Translations under genes and position numbers: made by a program
In this document: piece by piece, positions 50,274 to 61,670 of the stretch
Layout: every line of letters begins with the position of its first letter
How positions within the stretch are numbered: position 1 is the first letter of the stretch
The notes under the pieces: model-generated
The model's input: only the letters and a program-made list of their open reading frames with translations
The model's database searches: none
Told to the model about the DNA's origin: nothing
From: Malacoraja senta
Taxonomy: Eukaryota
DNA length: 64,000 nucleotides
Assembly: GCA_038087875.1 (NCBI GenBank)
Contig: CM075981.1
Coordinates: 60,946,001-61,010,000 of the forward strand
Reading direction: 5' to 3'

Positions 50274-50479
50274 CGTAAGAAGGAACTGCAGATGCTGGTT
50301 TAAACCGAAGATAGACACAAAAAGCTGGAGTAACTCAGCGGGACAGGCAGCATCTCTGGAGAGAAGGAAAGGGTGACGTTCTTCTGAAGATGGGTCTCGA
50401 CCCAACACGTCACCCATTCCTTCTCTCCAGAGATGCTGCTTGTCCCGCTGAGTTACTCCAGCTTTTTGTGTCTCTCTTC
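50274..50479. mobile_element. PLE-derived fold-back element with 13-bp TSD and hammerhead-like core
   Basis: TSD atgttcttcattg at 50261-50273 and 50480-50492; ~67-bp near-perfect inverted arms; ctgaagatgggtctcgacccaacacgtc at 50384-50411. Confidence 0.88.
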
Positions 50480-50773
50480 ATGTTCTTCATTGTCAGCTGT
50501 ACTAATATGTAATTTGGATAACACTAAATATTCTGCTTCTCTGCCTCTTATTAGTTAAGCGAAGTTTAATGTACCAGATAACTTTGCATCTTAAACTTCA
50601 GGGCTTTCTACTATCGCCCATCAGTGGTGGGATAATAATTTTGGATGTTAGTTTTTAATGTGTGCACATACATTGGAGAGATTTTGTGCAAAGAGGTGAA
50701 AGTAACTGGAGATAGACACAATGCTGGAGTAAATCAGCGAGACAGGCAGCATCTCTGGAGAGAAGGAATGTGT

Positions 50774-50801
50774 GACATTTCGGGTCGAGACCTTTCTTCA
50801 G
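50774..50801 (-). ncRNA. Minimal type-I hammerhead-ribozyme-like motif (PLE-associated)
   Basis: CUGAAGA-A-AGGUC-UC-GACCC-GAAA-UG-UC: intact CUGANGA and GAAA boxes, stem II, GUC triplet; activity untested. Confidence 0.55.
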
Positions 50802-52934
50802 ACCCGAAAGAATGGAAAGGAACTGGAGTTGTACGTCTTCACTCCGAAATGGTGAAAGAGCAAGGAGACACAAGAGGCTGCAGGTGCTGGAACTTTGAGC
50901 AAAAAACTAACTGCTGAAGGAACACAATAGGTCAGGTTGACCACTGAATTCCTTCAGCAGTTTGCATTTTGGTTGAGATTGCATCACTGGACGAATCCCA
51001 GTGATTCACTTTTCGAGAGGCTGCATAGGTGGCTGATGTGAGAAATCTAAATATCACTTGATGAAGTATGGAATGAGGCTTGATTACAACACAATGGGAC
51101 AAATGTTTAGTTTAGAGAAACAGTATGGGAACAGGCCCTTCGGCCCACCAAGTCCACGCTGACCAGAGATCACCCGCACGCTGGTTCTTTCTTCCACACC
51201 AGAGACAATTTACAGAAGTCACTTGACCTGTGACGTAGTGTTTTGCAAGGCTCTTGCCACTCGGGTTTCTGGACTCCCTCTCAGCAACTCCTGGGGTCAC
51301 TGGTATCCCTCCTGGTCAATTACCACAAATAATACAAAGTAACTATTAGTTTTCTGTATTCTCAACTATCATATTTTCAAATCAGGTAGATTTTTTGATG
51401 TTCATCATTCAATTTGGGTTGGACCCTTTAGTTACGTTTTATTTATTATAAAGTTACCAAAATATATGCATCTCCACAGGATACAAAACAGACTGTGGCA
51501 GACTGGCTGGCTGTTGTGAGCCATGCCCAGTTTTCCATTCCATTGAAGGTAGAGCCAACTAGTCAAAGGAAAACTCCCATTAAGATACGCAACAATATTG
51601 TAATCTGTAAGCAACAACGGAAGTAACAATCCAGGCTTTCAGTTTGAAAATTACAGCAAAAATAGTAAGCCATGTGCTTGTTTGAGAAGGTTTGGTAATC
51701 ATGTCAAGGACATATCTAGCCATCTTTTAATCTGGTGATTCAAATATCAGATTATATATTACACTTCGTACTAGTTAATGAGGACATGGTTTTAAAGAAG
51801 TAATTCTCACGACGAGTTTAAAATCTTAACCCTTTCTCAGTTTGTATTTAGCTGGATCACTAGTAAATCACTAGAATAACAGAGTTGTGCTGCACTTTGC
51901 TAGCTATAATTTAGTGCAAATGTTGGTATATATTACTAACTTTATTTGGCCTCATTGATGAAACCTAGATGGTACCATCTATAGTTAAAAGATAGGATTG
52001 AAAATTTCTGGCTGGCAATGGTAGAGAAGTATCACATTTATAAGATTGGACTACTTAATCTATTTCCGCTCCAATAATCACAAAATCCACTCAGGATCCT
52101 ACTATTTAATGGCATCTGGAAAAATCAAATTTCAGTTTTGATCAAACTGTTGGTCACTGTAATTACCAGTTCAATATCAACATGTGAAAAATAAATTGAA
52201 AATAAATTGGGATGAAGCTTACGGTGAGCATACATTTTGGCATAGACTATTGGGCCACAAGGAGAGTCTTTATGCTATACAATCAAACTTCACACCAAGA
52301 AAGATTTAAATTGTGTTTTTGGCAATCCATGTTACAAGTTTTCACGATGTTGTACCAGGCAGGGAACACGCTGCATAACAATTTCCTCTTCTCAACTGGT
52401 AATTTGCCTGAGAAATGAATCTACTGTGTGATTGATTTATTTTGTAACTCCTGATGCACAAAATAAGTGCTCTTTCTTGCGACAACATCTTCTGTATTCA
52501 ATGTAAGAAATAGTGCTAAACAGACTCTGTGTCAAGCAATCTATCTCTGCAACAGCACATGTGGTTATAACACCAAACCTTTATTTGAGAAGAGTAACTG
52601 CTGCACATTGAATAACAGCTTCTCCATTTGCTAACTAAAGCAATCTGCCCGAGCTCATCCCTTATGTTCTTTGCAAAGAAGGGAGACTTTCTTCCCATTG
52701 GTTCCCTGAGGGGTGTGTTATAGTTTACTCAACTATTTAACATTCAATTACAGCTATTCGTGAATAAAGAAAGGAGTTGTTATTAAAGTTCCTTTTGAAA
52801 GTTACCAATGCAAATATATGAAAAGTCAAATGATTATAGGAAATTTCTGTCAAAGAACTGGCGTAGGCATTTTTTTTGCCTAAGACCTTCTCTCTTTTTG
52901 AACTCTATTTCCTTGATCTACCGCGTTCATCATT

Positions 52935-53153
52935 TATGAAGAAACAAGGAACTGCAGATGCTGGTTTACAAAAAAGACACAAAGTACTGGAGTAACTCAA
53001 CTGGTCAAGAAGCATCTCCGAAGAACAAAAATGAGTGACGTTTCAGGTCGGGACCCTTCTTTAGACTGGACAAGAGTCCTGACCTGAAAAGTCATCCATC
53101 TATGTTTTCCAGAGATGCTGCTTGACCTGCTGAGTTACTCCAGTACTTTGTGT
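52935..53153. mobile_element. PLE-derived fold-back element with two opposed degenerate hammerhead-like cores
   Basis: acacaaagtactggagtaactca / tgagttactccagtactttgtgt arms; minus-strand CTAAAGAagggtcccgacctGAAACGTC at 53037-53064. Confidence 0.82.
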
Positions 53154-53792
53154 AATCGTTTATATCTCTCTTCCCCCTAATTTGTATGATCTCCTCCAGG
53201 AACAAATATGGAGAGGGTTAACCTACCATATTGGAGTGCCAAAATGAAGCAACATGACAACATGTTCTGGGTTGTCTGGCTATCTGGGAGTTAAATTTTC
53301 CTCGGATTTTGTTAATTCAGGTGATCTAAATGTATACAGTCATTGAAGACTTTGTCTTCATGTACTACTTATTACTCACACAATGGGTCTCTGTACATGA
53401 TCATTTTCACAATGATTGTGATATTGAATGAAATTCCTTCAAGGGGCAGTGAAGCCATTTAATTCACAGGCACGATTATCCATTAAAATAACTCTAGGGT
53501 CTTGCAGAGAAATTTCAGATAAACTGAAAATCGAGACAATTGTTTGAGACAAAGTTTTACTCTGACCAGTATGTTTAATATTAGAAAGTAAAGGTAATAG
53601 CATACAAAAAGCTATTGACAAAATTAATCGCAATCTGGAGATACAGTAGTTAAATTATCTTCTGCTGGGCCATTACAGCAGTAATAAAGTAAAAACTATC
53701 CAAGGTTTACTGGACATTTTTTTTTTTGTATTATGTATCTGTGATAATGGAAAAAAGCACCTTGTAATTTTATTTTATTGTCTTTGGTTTAG

Positions 53793-53970
53793 CACAGCTT
53801 CTGCACGGAGTATCAGCATCCTTAATCTTGCAGAGAGGTCAAATGTTGCCCTACCTCCACCAGATTATGAATCAATACCACTTAGACATCACAACAAGGA
53901 AATGGCATTCCACTCGTACAGCAGTGCTCCAAACCGAGGAATTCTACCTCAACCAGACAACTCAGACTCG
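53793..53970 (+). CDS. BAIAP2L1: BAIAP2L1 coding exon (about exon 12): (S)TASARSISILNLAERSNVALPPPDYESIPLRHHNKEMAFHSYSSAPNRGILPQPDNSDS
   Basis: ggtttag acceptor, gtaagg donor, 178 nt, phase 2-0; RSIS..NL and PPPDY motif of the IRSp53 family. Confidence 0.9.
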
Positions 53971-54342
53971 GTAAGGACCCATCAGAGGCCAGTAGTACCA
54001 CATTATTTAAATGTCAATAATTTATACAGGGTGTTCTTGTTTTTAGTTCTAGGAGTATTATTATTTCTTACATACAGGTATGTGTCGTATGTTAATTAAG
54101 CAAAAGCAAAACGAGATAACCAGTCTCGTTGCTTAAAGTACAGGGAGGTAATTTCTTGTGTTTTTACTCAATGAATGAACTCTCCAAGTCTCATGAGTTT
54201 GGGTCACATTCCGCTGATCAGAATTTCACTCCAATATACTTCTCATTAAAAGATTTGAGAATCAACATAAATGTATAAGGATTATTGACTTAAATCTTTG
54301 GAGCTGGGTGTCACTTACATGAACTGCTAGGTTAGCATACAG

Positions 54343-54785
54343 CAGGGTTCAGCAACCTTTGGTCCCCGGGCCGAATGCAGCCTGTAACCCAAAATCATCT
54401 GGCCCGCAGGTGGATTTTTTTCCCCGTAATCATCCGGCCGGCCGAGCCCCAAGTGCGGCCGAGCTCTGGCTGTAATGCATCCTGCGCAAAGCCGTCGGCA
54501 TGGCCGTGCACCTTCTGTGGACACGTTTAAGAAAGAACTGCAGATGCTGGAAAAATCGAAGGTAGACAAAAATGCTGGCGAAACTCAGCGGGTGAGATGC
54601 AAGGATTGCATGAGGCTGCCTCACCCGCTGAGTTTCTCCAGCATTTTTGTATACCTTCTGTGAACACGTGATTTGATGCCTGCCATCCAGGGCGGGATCC
54701 ATGTGTACACGTGATAGATGTGGCCTGCCATCCGCTCACCGACATGCGTCCTGGCCCCTATGCAGAACAAGGTTGCCGACCCCTA
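54343..54785. mobile_element. hAT-family MITE with perfect 8-bp TSD, containing a nested PLE-derived palindrome
   Basis: TIRs cagggttcagcaacctt / aaggttgccgaccccta; TSD gcatacag at 54335-54342 and 54786-54793. Confidence 0.9.
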
Positions 54786-54889
54786 GCATACAGTATAACA
54801 ATGAATTAGAAAATCCAATCGTTTTTCAAGGATTATACATTATATTGGACCCTGGTGAAATGACATCTTGAATATTGTGTACAGGTATT

Positions 54890-55367
54890 AGTTTAATTTA
54901 CTAGTTTAGTTTATTATTGTCACGTGTACCGAGGTACAGTGAAAAGGTTTTGTGGCGTGCTATCTGGCCAAAGATAAGACTATACATGATTACTATCAAG
55001 CAGCCCAGTGTACGGATAAAGGGTACAACGTTTAGTGCAAGACAAAGTCCAATTAAAGACAGTTCAAAGGTCTCCAATGAAATAGAAGGGAGGTTAGGAC
55101 CGCACTCGAGCCGATGAGAGGATGATTCAGTTGCCTGATAACAGCTGGAGAGAAACTGTCCCTGAATCTGGAGGTATGTGTTTTCAAACTTCTGTACCTC
55201 TTACCTGATGGGAGAGGGGAGTGCCCGGGGTGAGACTGGTCCTTGATTATGCTGCCTGCCATGCCGAGGCAGAGAGCGATGTAGATGGAGTCAACGTACA
55301 CTTCTCGCTGCCAGCATAATCGAGGACCAGTCTCACCCCGGTCACTCCCTCTTCTTCCCTCTCCCAT
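54890..55367 (-). mobile_element. Rex/Babar-like LINE 3' fragment with a 5' inversion
   Basis: ORF 55053..55367 SIIKDQSHPGHSPLPSGKRYRSLKTHTSRFRDSFSP; (tttag)n tail; inverted arms 55208-55254 and 55312-55367. Confidence 0.8.
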
Positions 55368-55534
55368 TGTTCTCTCTACTCATGGAAGAATATATGTAAG
55401 AGGGTGAAGGTTCACCAGGTTGATTCCTGGGACAGCAAATTTGTTGTACGAGGAGAGATTAAGTAGACTGGGTGTAAACCCAAGTTTAGAACAATGAGAT
55501 GATATTATTAAAAATCTAAAGTTCTCATGGAGTT

Positions 55535-56020
55535 TGCCAAGTCGTACCTGCTGCGTTTGGCCCATATTCCTTTAAACCTTTCCTATCCATGTACCTGTCC
55601 TTTTAAATGTTTAAATGTTGTTATAGTACTTACTTGAACTACTGGCACCTCATTCTGTATACCAACCACCTCTGTGTGGAAAAGGTTGCCCCTCAGGTTC
55701 CTGTTAAATCTTTCCTCTCTCACCTATGTCCCCTGGTTCTTGATTCCCCTAACCCTAGGGAAAAGACTGTGCATTTACCCTACCCCCCTTATGATTTTAT
55801 ATACCTGTGTAAGATCACCCATCACCCCCCTGCACTTCAAGGAAAAAAATCCTAGCCTGTTCATCCTCTTCCTATAGCCCAGGCCTTTGCATCCTCATAA
55901 CTTCCTCATAAATCTTCTCTACACTCTTTCCAGCTTGACAACATCCTTCCTACAGCAGGGTGACCAAAACTGAACACAATACTCCATATGCTGTTTCACC
56001 AACGTCTTGTACAACTATAA
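55535..56020 (-). mobile_element. CR1 LINE 3' fragment
   Basis: tttggcccatattcctttaaacctttcctatccatgtacctgtcc...gaccaaaactgaacacaatactcca. Confidence 0.85.
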
Positions 56021-57849
56021 CATAAAATCATGGTCGGCATCTTAAAATAAGGGGTCATCCATTTAGAATCTGAGAAATTTCCTCTTCCAGAGGGTGATGA
56101 ATCTTTAAAATTCTCTGCACAGGAAAGTTATGGACACTAAATACATTGTATGGTAGTCCAGGCAAGCGTTGCCAAATACCCGCCTTCTGGTTGATTTTTT
56201 TGCTATGAACCAAGGTTGGAGTTAAATGCATAGTTTATATTAGAGAAAGTATTCATACAACAGCTAGTTCCCAGTTATCCAAGTGTAAACAAAGATAAAA
56301 TCAACATTTGGAACTTCAACGCATGGCCAAGTACAAAGAATGTTGTGTTCTAACCGGGCATGAATTATGAAGAATTACTTTTCTCTGTCCATGTTTTTTT
56401 TTTACTGTTACCTGTTATACTTGTACAAAAGGATGTACAGATTTCTGGTGTAACATTTTCAAAATGGACCTGGCTAGAATACAAATGTGCCATTCCTTTA
56501 AAGAGAATGGATATCAAAAAAATTGTTCATTGGCTCAAGAAATTAATACTAAATGGTTGTTTCAGGGAGAAGAATCTGCCAAAACTTGAACCAAAATATC
56601 AAACGAAAATCAGAGGATGTAACAAATATATTGATCTATGACAGGGTTAATAAAAGAACATAAGAACATAGAGAGGGGTTAAGCAACCATGCACTTTCAA
56701 TATGATTATGCAGGCCTCAGCTCGTCTTCTGTGCCAATTCCCCATAGCCCTCAGTTCCCTGATCTTTCACAAACTTACCTACATTTACTTTCATAATGAA
56801 CTGACCTCCACAACCCTCTGGAATAGAGAATTCTGGAGATTCGCCATCCTCTGCAAAAAAAAAATACAATGCACCTTCATTTGAAATGATGGCCGTGGCA
56901 AAAAAATGAAACAAATTAAAAGAATAATTGGAGTGCACAGATTGTGATAACTGTGATGTTTAGATTCTGTGAGTGATATACCCTTGTGTGGTGTGTTGAG
57001 CCATCCAGGCGGAGTATGGAGCTGATACAGCATTGGTCAAAAGTTAGCTTACAATTGCAAAAGTCAAGAGTTAGAGAGGATTAACACTGGAGTAATACTG
57101 ATGTACATGCTCTCTAGTGTTGAATGCAGATCCAGAATATAAGAAAATTAAAGCAAAAGTAGGCCACTCAGCCCATCAAGCCTGCTGCACCCTGTTCAGT
57201 AATGTCAGTGATGATGTATCTGTAATCAGTTTATCACCTTTGTTATTCTCTTCCCCGTACATCCAGTGAGTCGTAATCTGAGACCAATGCATTGAACTTG
57301 CTGACACGGAGGCAGAAAAAATAATCTTTTTACTTCCAAAACTTGGAATCACATGAGAATTCAGTCATATTAATTCACGATAATCAATGGTGAATGACTT
57401 TGCTTAGCATTGATTTCAGCATTTAGCATTAAAGCAAAATAAATCTGCATTCATCCTTATGAATTAATATGATTGTTCTTATCTGATCGAGTCCTACACT
57501 TGAAAGAATTGGTTTTGTTTTGCTGCTTCGGATTAGCATGCACCATGCACTTGCCCAGAGGGTTGCAGACCTGTTCCTGGACAATGCTGCTTTACTGTAT
57601 GCAATTTGTTTTAAAAATTAATGTGAAAATAGGAACATTTTAGTTCTTTTTTAATAACTTTTATACGGTGACTGTTCATAATTCAAAGCAACAATTGATT
57701 GTTATCTATGCTATTTTCAAACTGGAGGTTGAAAGTATGGTATATGATAAATTAATAAAAGTAAAACATCATCTCAGTCTGGCAATCTAGATGAAAGGTC
57801 TCAACCCAAAATGTCAGAAGGCCATTTCCCTCTATGGAGGCTGCCTGAT

Positions 57850-58606
57850 CATAGAAACATAGAAACATAGAAAATAGGTGCAGGAGCAGGCCATTCGGCC
57901 CTTCGAGCCTGCACCGCCATTCAATATGATCATGGCTGATCATCCAACTCAGTATCCTGTACCTGCCTTCTCTCCATACCCCCTGATCCCTTTAGCCACA
58001 AGGGCCACATCTAACTCCCTCTTAAATATAGCCAATGAACTGGCCTCAACTACCTTCTCTGGCAGAGAATTCCAGAGATTCACCACTCTCTGTGTGAAAA
58101 ATGTTTTTCTCATTTCGGTCCTAAAAGATTTCCCCTTTATCCTTAAACTGTGACCCCCTTGTCCTGGACTTCCCCAACATCGGGAACAATCTTCCTGCAT
58201 CTAGCCTGTCCAACCCCTTAAGAATTTTGTACGTTTCTATAAGATCCCCCCACAATCTTCTAAATTCTAGCGAGTACAAGCCAAGTCTATCCAGTCTTTC
58301 TTCATATGAAAGTCCTGACATCCCAGGAATCAGTCTGGTGAACCTTCTCTGTACTCCCTCTATGGCAAGAATGTCCTTCCTCAGATTTGGAGACCAAAAC
58401 TGTAGGCAATACTCCAGGTGTGGTCTCACCAAGACCCTGTACAACAGCAGTAGAACCTCCCTGCTCCTATACTCAAATCCTTTTGCTATGAATGCTAACA
58501 TACCATTCGCTTTCTTCACTGCCTGCTGCACCTGCATGCCTACTTTCAATGACTGGTGTACCATGACACCCAGGTCTCGTTGCATCTCCCCTTTTCCTAA
58601 TCGGCC
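57850..58606 (-). mobile_element. Young 5'-truncated CR1 LINE with (ATAGAAAC)n tail
   Basis: ORFs 58121..58585 (QRDLGV, RPHLEYC.QFWSP, EGVQRRFTRLIPG, DLIETYKIL) and 57949..58200 (FFTQRVVNLWNSLP). Confidence 0.95.
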
Positions 58607-58679
58607 ACCGAGTTCCTTCAGCTGCTCTTTTTTTTGCGACAGATTCCAGTGTAATCCCTTGTGCTTTCCTTGTACTCAA

Positions 58680-59060
58680 TGTTTAGTTTTAGTTTATTGT
58701 CAAGTGTAAAGAGGTACTGTGAAAAGCTTATTGTTGCATGCTATCCAGTCAGTGAAAAGACTGTACATGCTTACAATCGAGTCATCCACAATGTAGTTAC
58801 AGGATAAAGCTGCCAATGCCCTGACCAATGAAAGAACGTATGCCATACACTGCCTTCACCACCCTTTCTACCTGTGTTGCTGCTTTCAAGGATCTATGTA
58901 CATGCACCCTTTGGTCTCTCTGTTCTAAAACACTCTCTCCAATGCCTTGCTATTTACTGTACAAATCTTGCACTGGTTTAACTTCCCAAAGTGCAACATT
59001 TCACACTTGTCAGAATTAAATTCGATCTGTTGTTCCTTGGATCACTTTCCCAGTTGATCC
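58680..59060 (-). mobile_element. Rex/Babar tail fragment followed by a CR1 RT fragment
   Basis: tttagttttagtttattgtcaagtgta tail, similar to 54900; gccttcaccaccctttctacctgtgttgc...ttcccaaagtgcaacatttcacact. Confidence 0.65.
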
Positions 59061-60869
59061 GTGGTCATATTAACTTGCATGTTTATAAACATAATAGTTT
59101 ACTTTTTTTTCCATTAACAAGATGCAGACTTTAATTTGAAATGATACAGGTGTTCATATTAGACATAACTATTTAAAGGGTCAAATGAAGAATGGGTGTA
59201 TTAATTGTAAGGAACAGTTCCTAAATGCTGATAAAAGCAAAAGTGTTTAAAGTGATGTGAATTTTGACAGGAGAAAATGACCAGCTTTGAAAAATGAATT
59301 GTCAAGTAATATTTTAAATATCTGTGTGATTTTTCAGTTTAGGACCAGGGCTGGCGGGGATGTGGAGTTGGGGGAAATCTTTTCTATGTTTTAAATATAT
59401 AATTCAGAAAATATTGCCAACTTGCACTTCTGCATTAAATCTCAATTGATTTGCACCACTCACCCAATGCTAATTCATGTTTGCTGAGCCATTTAAGTTG
59501 TTTTTGCATGTGATATAAAATGATACCCAGTGTAGCGTGGTGAATAACTAGTCTTTGGGATTAGTTGATTTGGGGTGCAGTTGCCAAGATTTGTCCATCT
59601 ATTAAGCCCAAGAATGATTAATGTACAAAATTCAGGATTTTTCACTGGTCTGGTAGGTGTTTCGTTGAGGCATGAGCTGAGAAGTATGAGGAAAGGTATA
59701 TAGAATTAGATTGTGCTGAGTCTGACCTAGAAATGCCTTCTGATAACATTGCCATAAATAGTAGGATCCCCAAGAGTAGTTGCCCTGAGCATACTGCTTT
59801 AGCTAAATTAAAATTTACATATTTTAATGCATTTCCAAGCTTTAGTGCACACCTGTGAGCTATCTTTGGAACTGGGTACTCCCTTGCATTGTTTTGAGAT
59901 GCATTTATAATTAATAATATAAATGCTAGGAAGTTAATGCAAAAAAAAAAAATGCAATGCTTGAAAAGGTGTTAAAAGCCGATGTGTAAAAACTGCAACT
60001 TGTGCATTAAGTGGTGGCGATAAATTAGGCTGGGAACTTGGAGTCTTAATATTTGGATCAGCATGTCCTTTGCCTGTAATTGTTTTCTAAATCTATGAAG
60101 GATTTATTGCAATTGAAAGAAGTGCTTGGCACAGCAGCTTGCTTGCAGCCCTACATAAGATTAATGTGACATGTATGAGTGATTCTGTCTGAAATGAGAA
60201 CCAATTTCTTCAATATTATAAGGCTACTAGTTAATGTTTAATGTGGGAAGGCATGGAGTATGAGGCAAGATACTCAGTTGCTCATGTCCCCAAGCATTAA
60301 ATTCTGCGTTTTCTATCATCTGAAATAATTTGCTGCACTATCATGACGTTTCATGAGAGTTATTGGGGGGGACGGGGGGGGGGGGGGGGGGGGACACACA
60401 CAATCTATCTAACACCAAATTTGTATAAAGTTTGACCTTGCTTTCCTTCCAAAAATATATTTTCCATTTTGTAAGATTTTAATTTAAAGAATAATAATAT
60501 ATTGAAAACAACTATATTTTTGCCAATTGCCATACTTCTATATCATATTAAATTGTTTTGTTAAAATTTCCTGCTCTTTCTGGAGGTCACTCATTGATGT
60601 ATGTTTTTATAAGTACACTTCTCACCTTCTCAGACCTCCAAACTGTGTTTCGTTTGCAAACTTGTTGTTTAAACATGCGGTCATTTCGTCCAATACCAAT
60701 ACTCAATAATAATCAAGAACAAAAATTCTCTGGTTTATTTTGTGCCCCTAGCTTACAAGATGGAAGCTATTGTGAGTGGGGATATTTTTTTGATGATGGA
60801 AATATTGTTCCCTTTTTTGTGTTGGCTCTCAAATCCAGGAATTCTATTTTATTAAAAACATTGTTGTAG

Positions 60870-61670
60870 GGATTTTCTTCGATTCACTATAAATCGCTGT
60901 TTTTCACCCAACCACTAACACCAGATCATCTCCTATGGTATATTCCTTGTGCAACCCCTGCTGCACCGAGATCCCCAAGGAATGGATTTCTCTACCGACG
61001 CATACCTGCAAAACAGGAGTTCTCTCCATCCTCATCTTCCACCTCACCAGCCCCACATACTATGGATCATACCCTGTTATTGCCACCACTTTCAACAAGA
61101 AGCTGGCAGTCAGCACTCCTTCTCTCCCCAACCTTTTCAGTATTCTGAAAGGTTATTCCCCTTAACTCCTTGGTTCATTATGTTATCTCCATGAAGTCAC
61201 TCCCCTTCCCATGCAACCGTAAGAGATGCAACACCTTCCCACTGTTCCAAATCTTGGACATTTTCCCAATTAATCAGCATTTCAATTCATTTGCACATAC
61301 AATTTACTGTGCTCTCTCTTCTGTTCTCCTCCACAGCGGAGAAAGCAAACACAGATCAGTTAACTGCTTTGAAGAACGCTTGCTTTTAGTCTTCAGGGGT
61401 GACCTTGAACTTTCAGTTTCATGTTAGTGAGTTTAGAGATGCAGCATGGAAGCAGGTCCTTCGGCCCACCATGCTGACCATCGATCACCCATTCACACTG
61501 GTTTCCATGGTACTTTAATTCTTCCTCCTAGTTCTACTGAGACCTGCATTTCGTCTCTTGCATTGTTCAAACAAATCACAACAAAAGCCCGAGGGAAATT
61601 ATTTTGTTCCATCAGGTTACTCTACCGCCCTCAGCTCTCAACAATGAATTCAGCGATTTCAGGCTAACAA
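60870..61670 (+). mobile_element. Degenerate Penelope-like element, GIY-YIG endonuclease region to ORF end, interrupted by a SINE tail (about 61427-61500)
   Basis: ORF 61170..61427 FPCNRKRCNT...IYC...LLHSGESKHR...FEERL..V...DLEL.VS resembles the PLE pattern FPC.R.RC.TC...VYC...LYIGET.RR...F.EHL; ends ctcaacaatgaattcagcgatttcagg (LNNEFSDFR). Confidence 0.75.

Larger units (their letters stand above)
10465..53970 (+). other. BAIAP2L1: Gene span (partial, 10 internal exons) of BAI1-associated protein 2-like 1 / IRTKS
   Basis: Ten GT-AG exons of 87, 62, 72, 138, 153, 153, 142, 199, 69 and 178 nt join with compatible phases into an I-BAR, SH3, PPPDY protein. The motifs [10 protein letters not shown] and [13 protein letters not shown] match BAIAP2L1 rather than BAIAP2 (RSSSMAAGL / VPEARDGWHYGE). 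Confidence 0.93.

Noticed and set aside
53793-53797. Alternative acceptor tagCACAG 5 nt downstream
   Set aside because: Using it would shift the frame and lose RSIS/PPPDY; the upstream AG fits the phase-2 junction.
59265-59290. gacag|gagaaaatga as a possible terminal exon
   Set aside because: No NPF/VKLRPT similarity, poor pyrimidine tract and early stops.
59880-60240. Repeat-free stretch that looks like a conserved non-coding element
   Set aside because: Conservation cannot be judged without alignments; no direct evidence.
61310-61360. Strong-looking acceptor followed by cggagaaa, resembling the start of the last BAIAP2L1 exon (SGENPF...)
   Set aside because: It continues as GESKHRSV rather than GENPFATVKLRPT; it is the degenerate YIGET segment of the PLE endonuclease.
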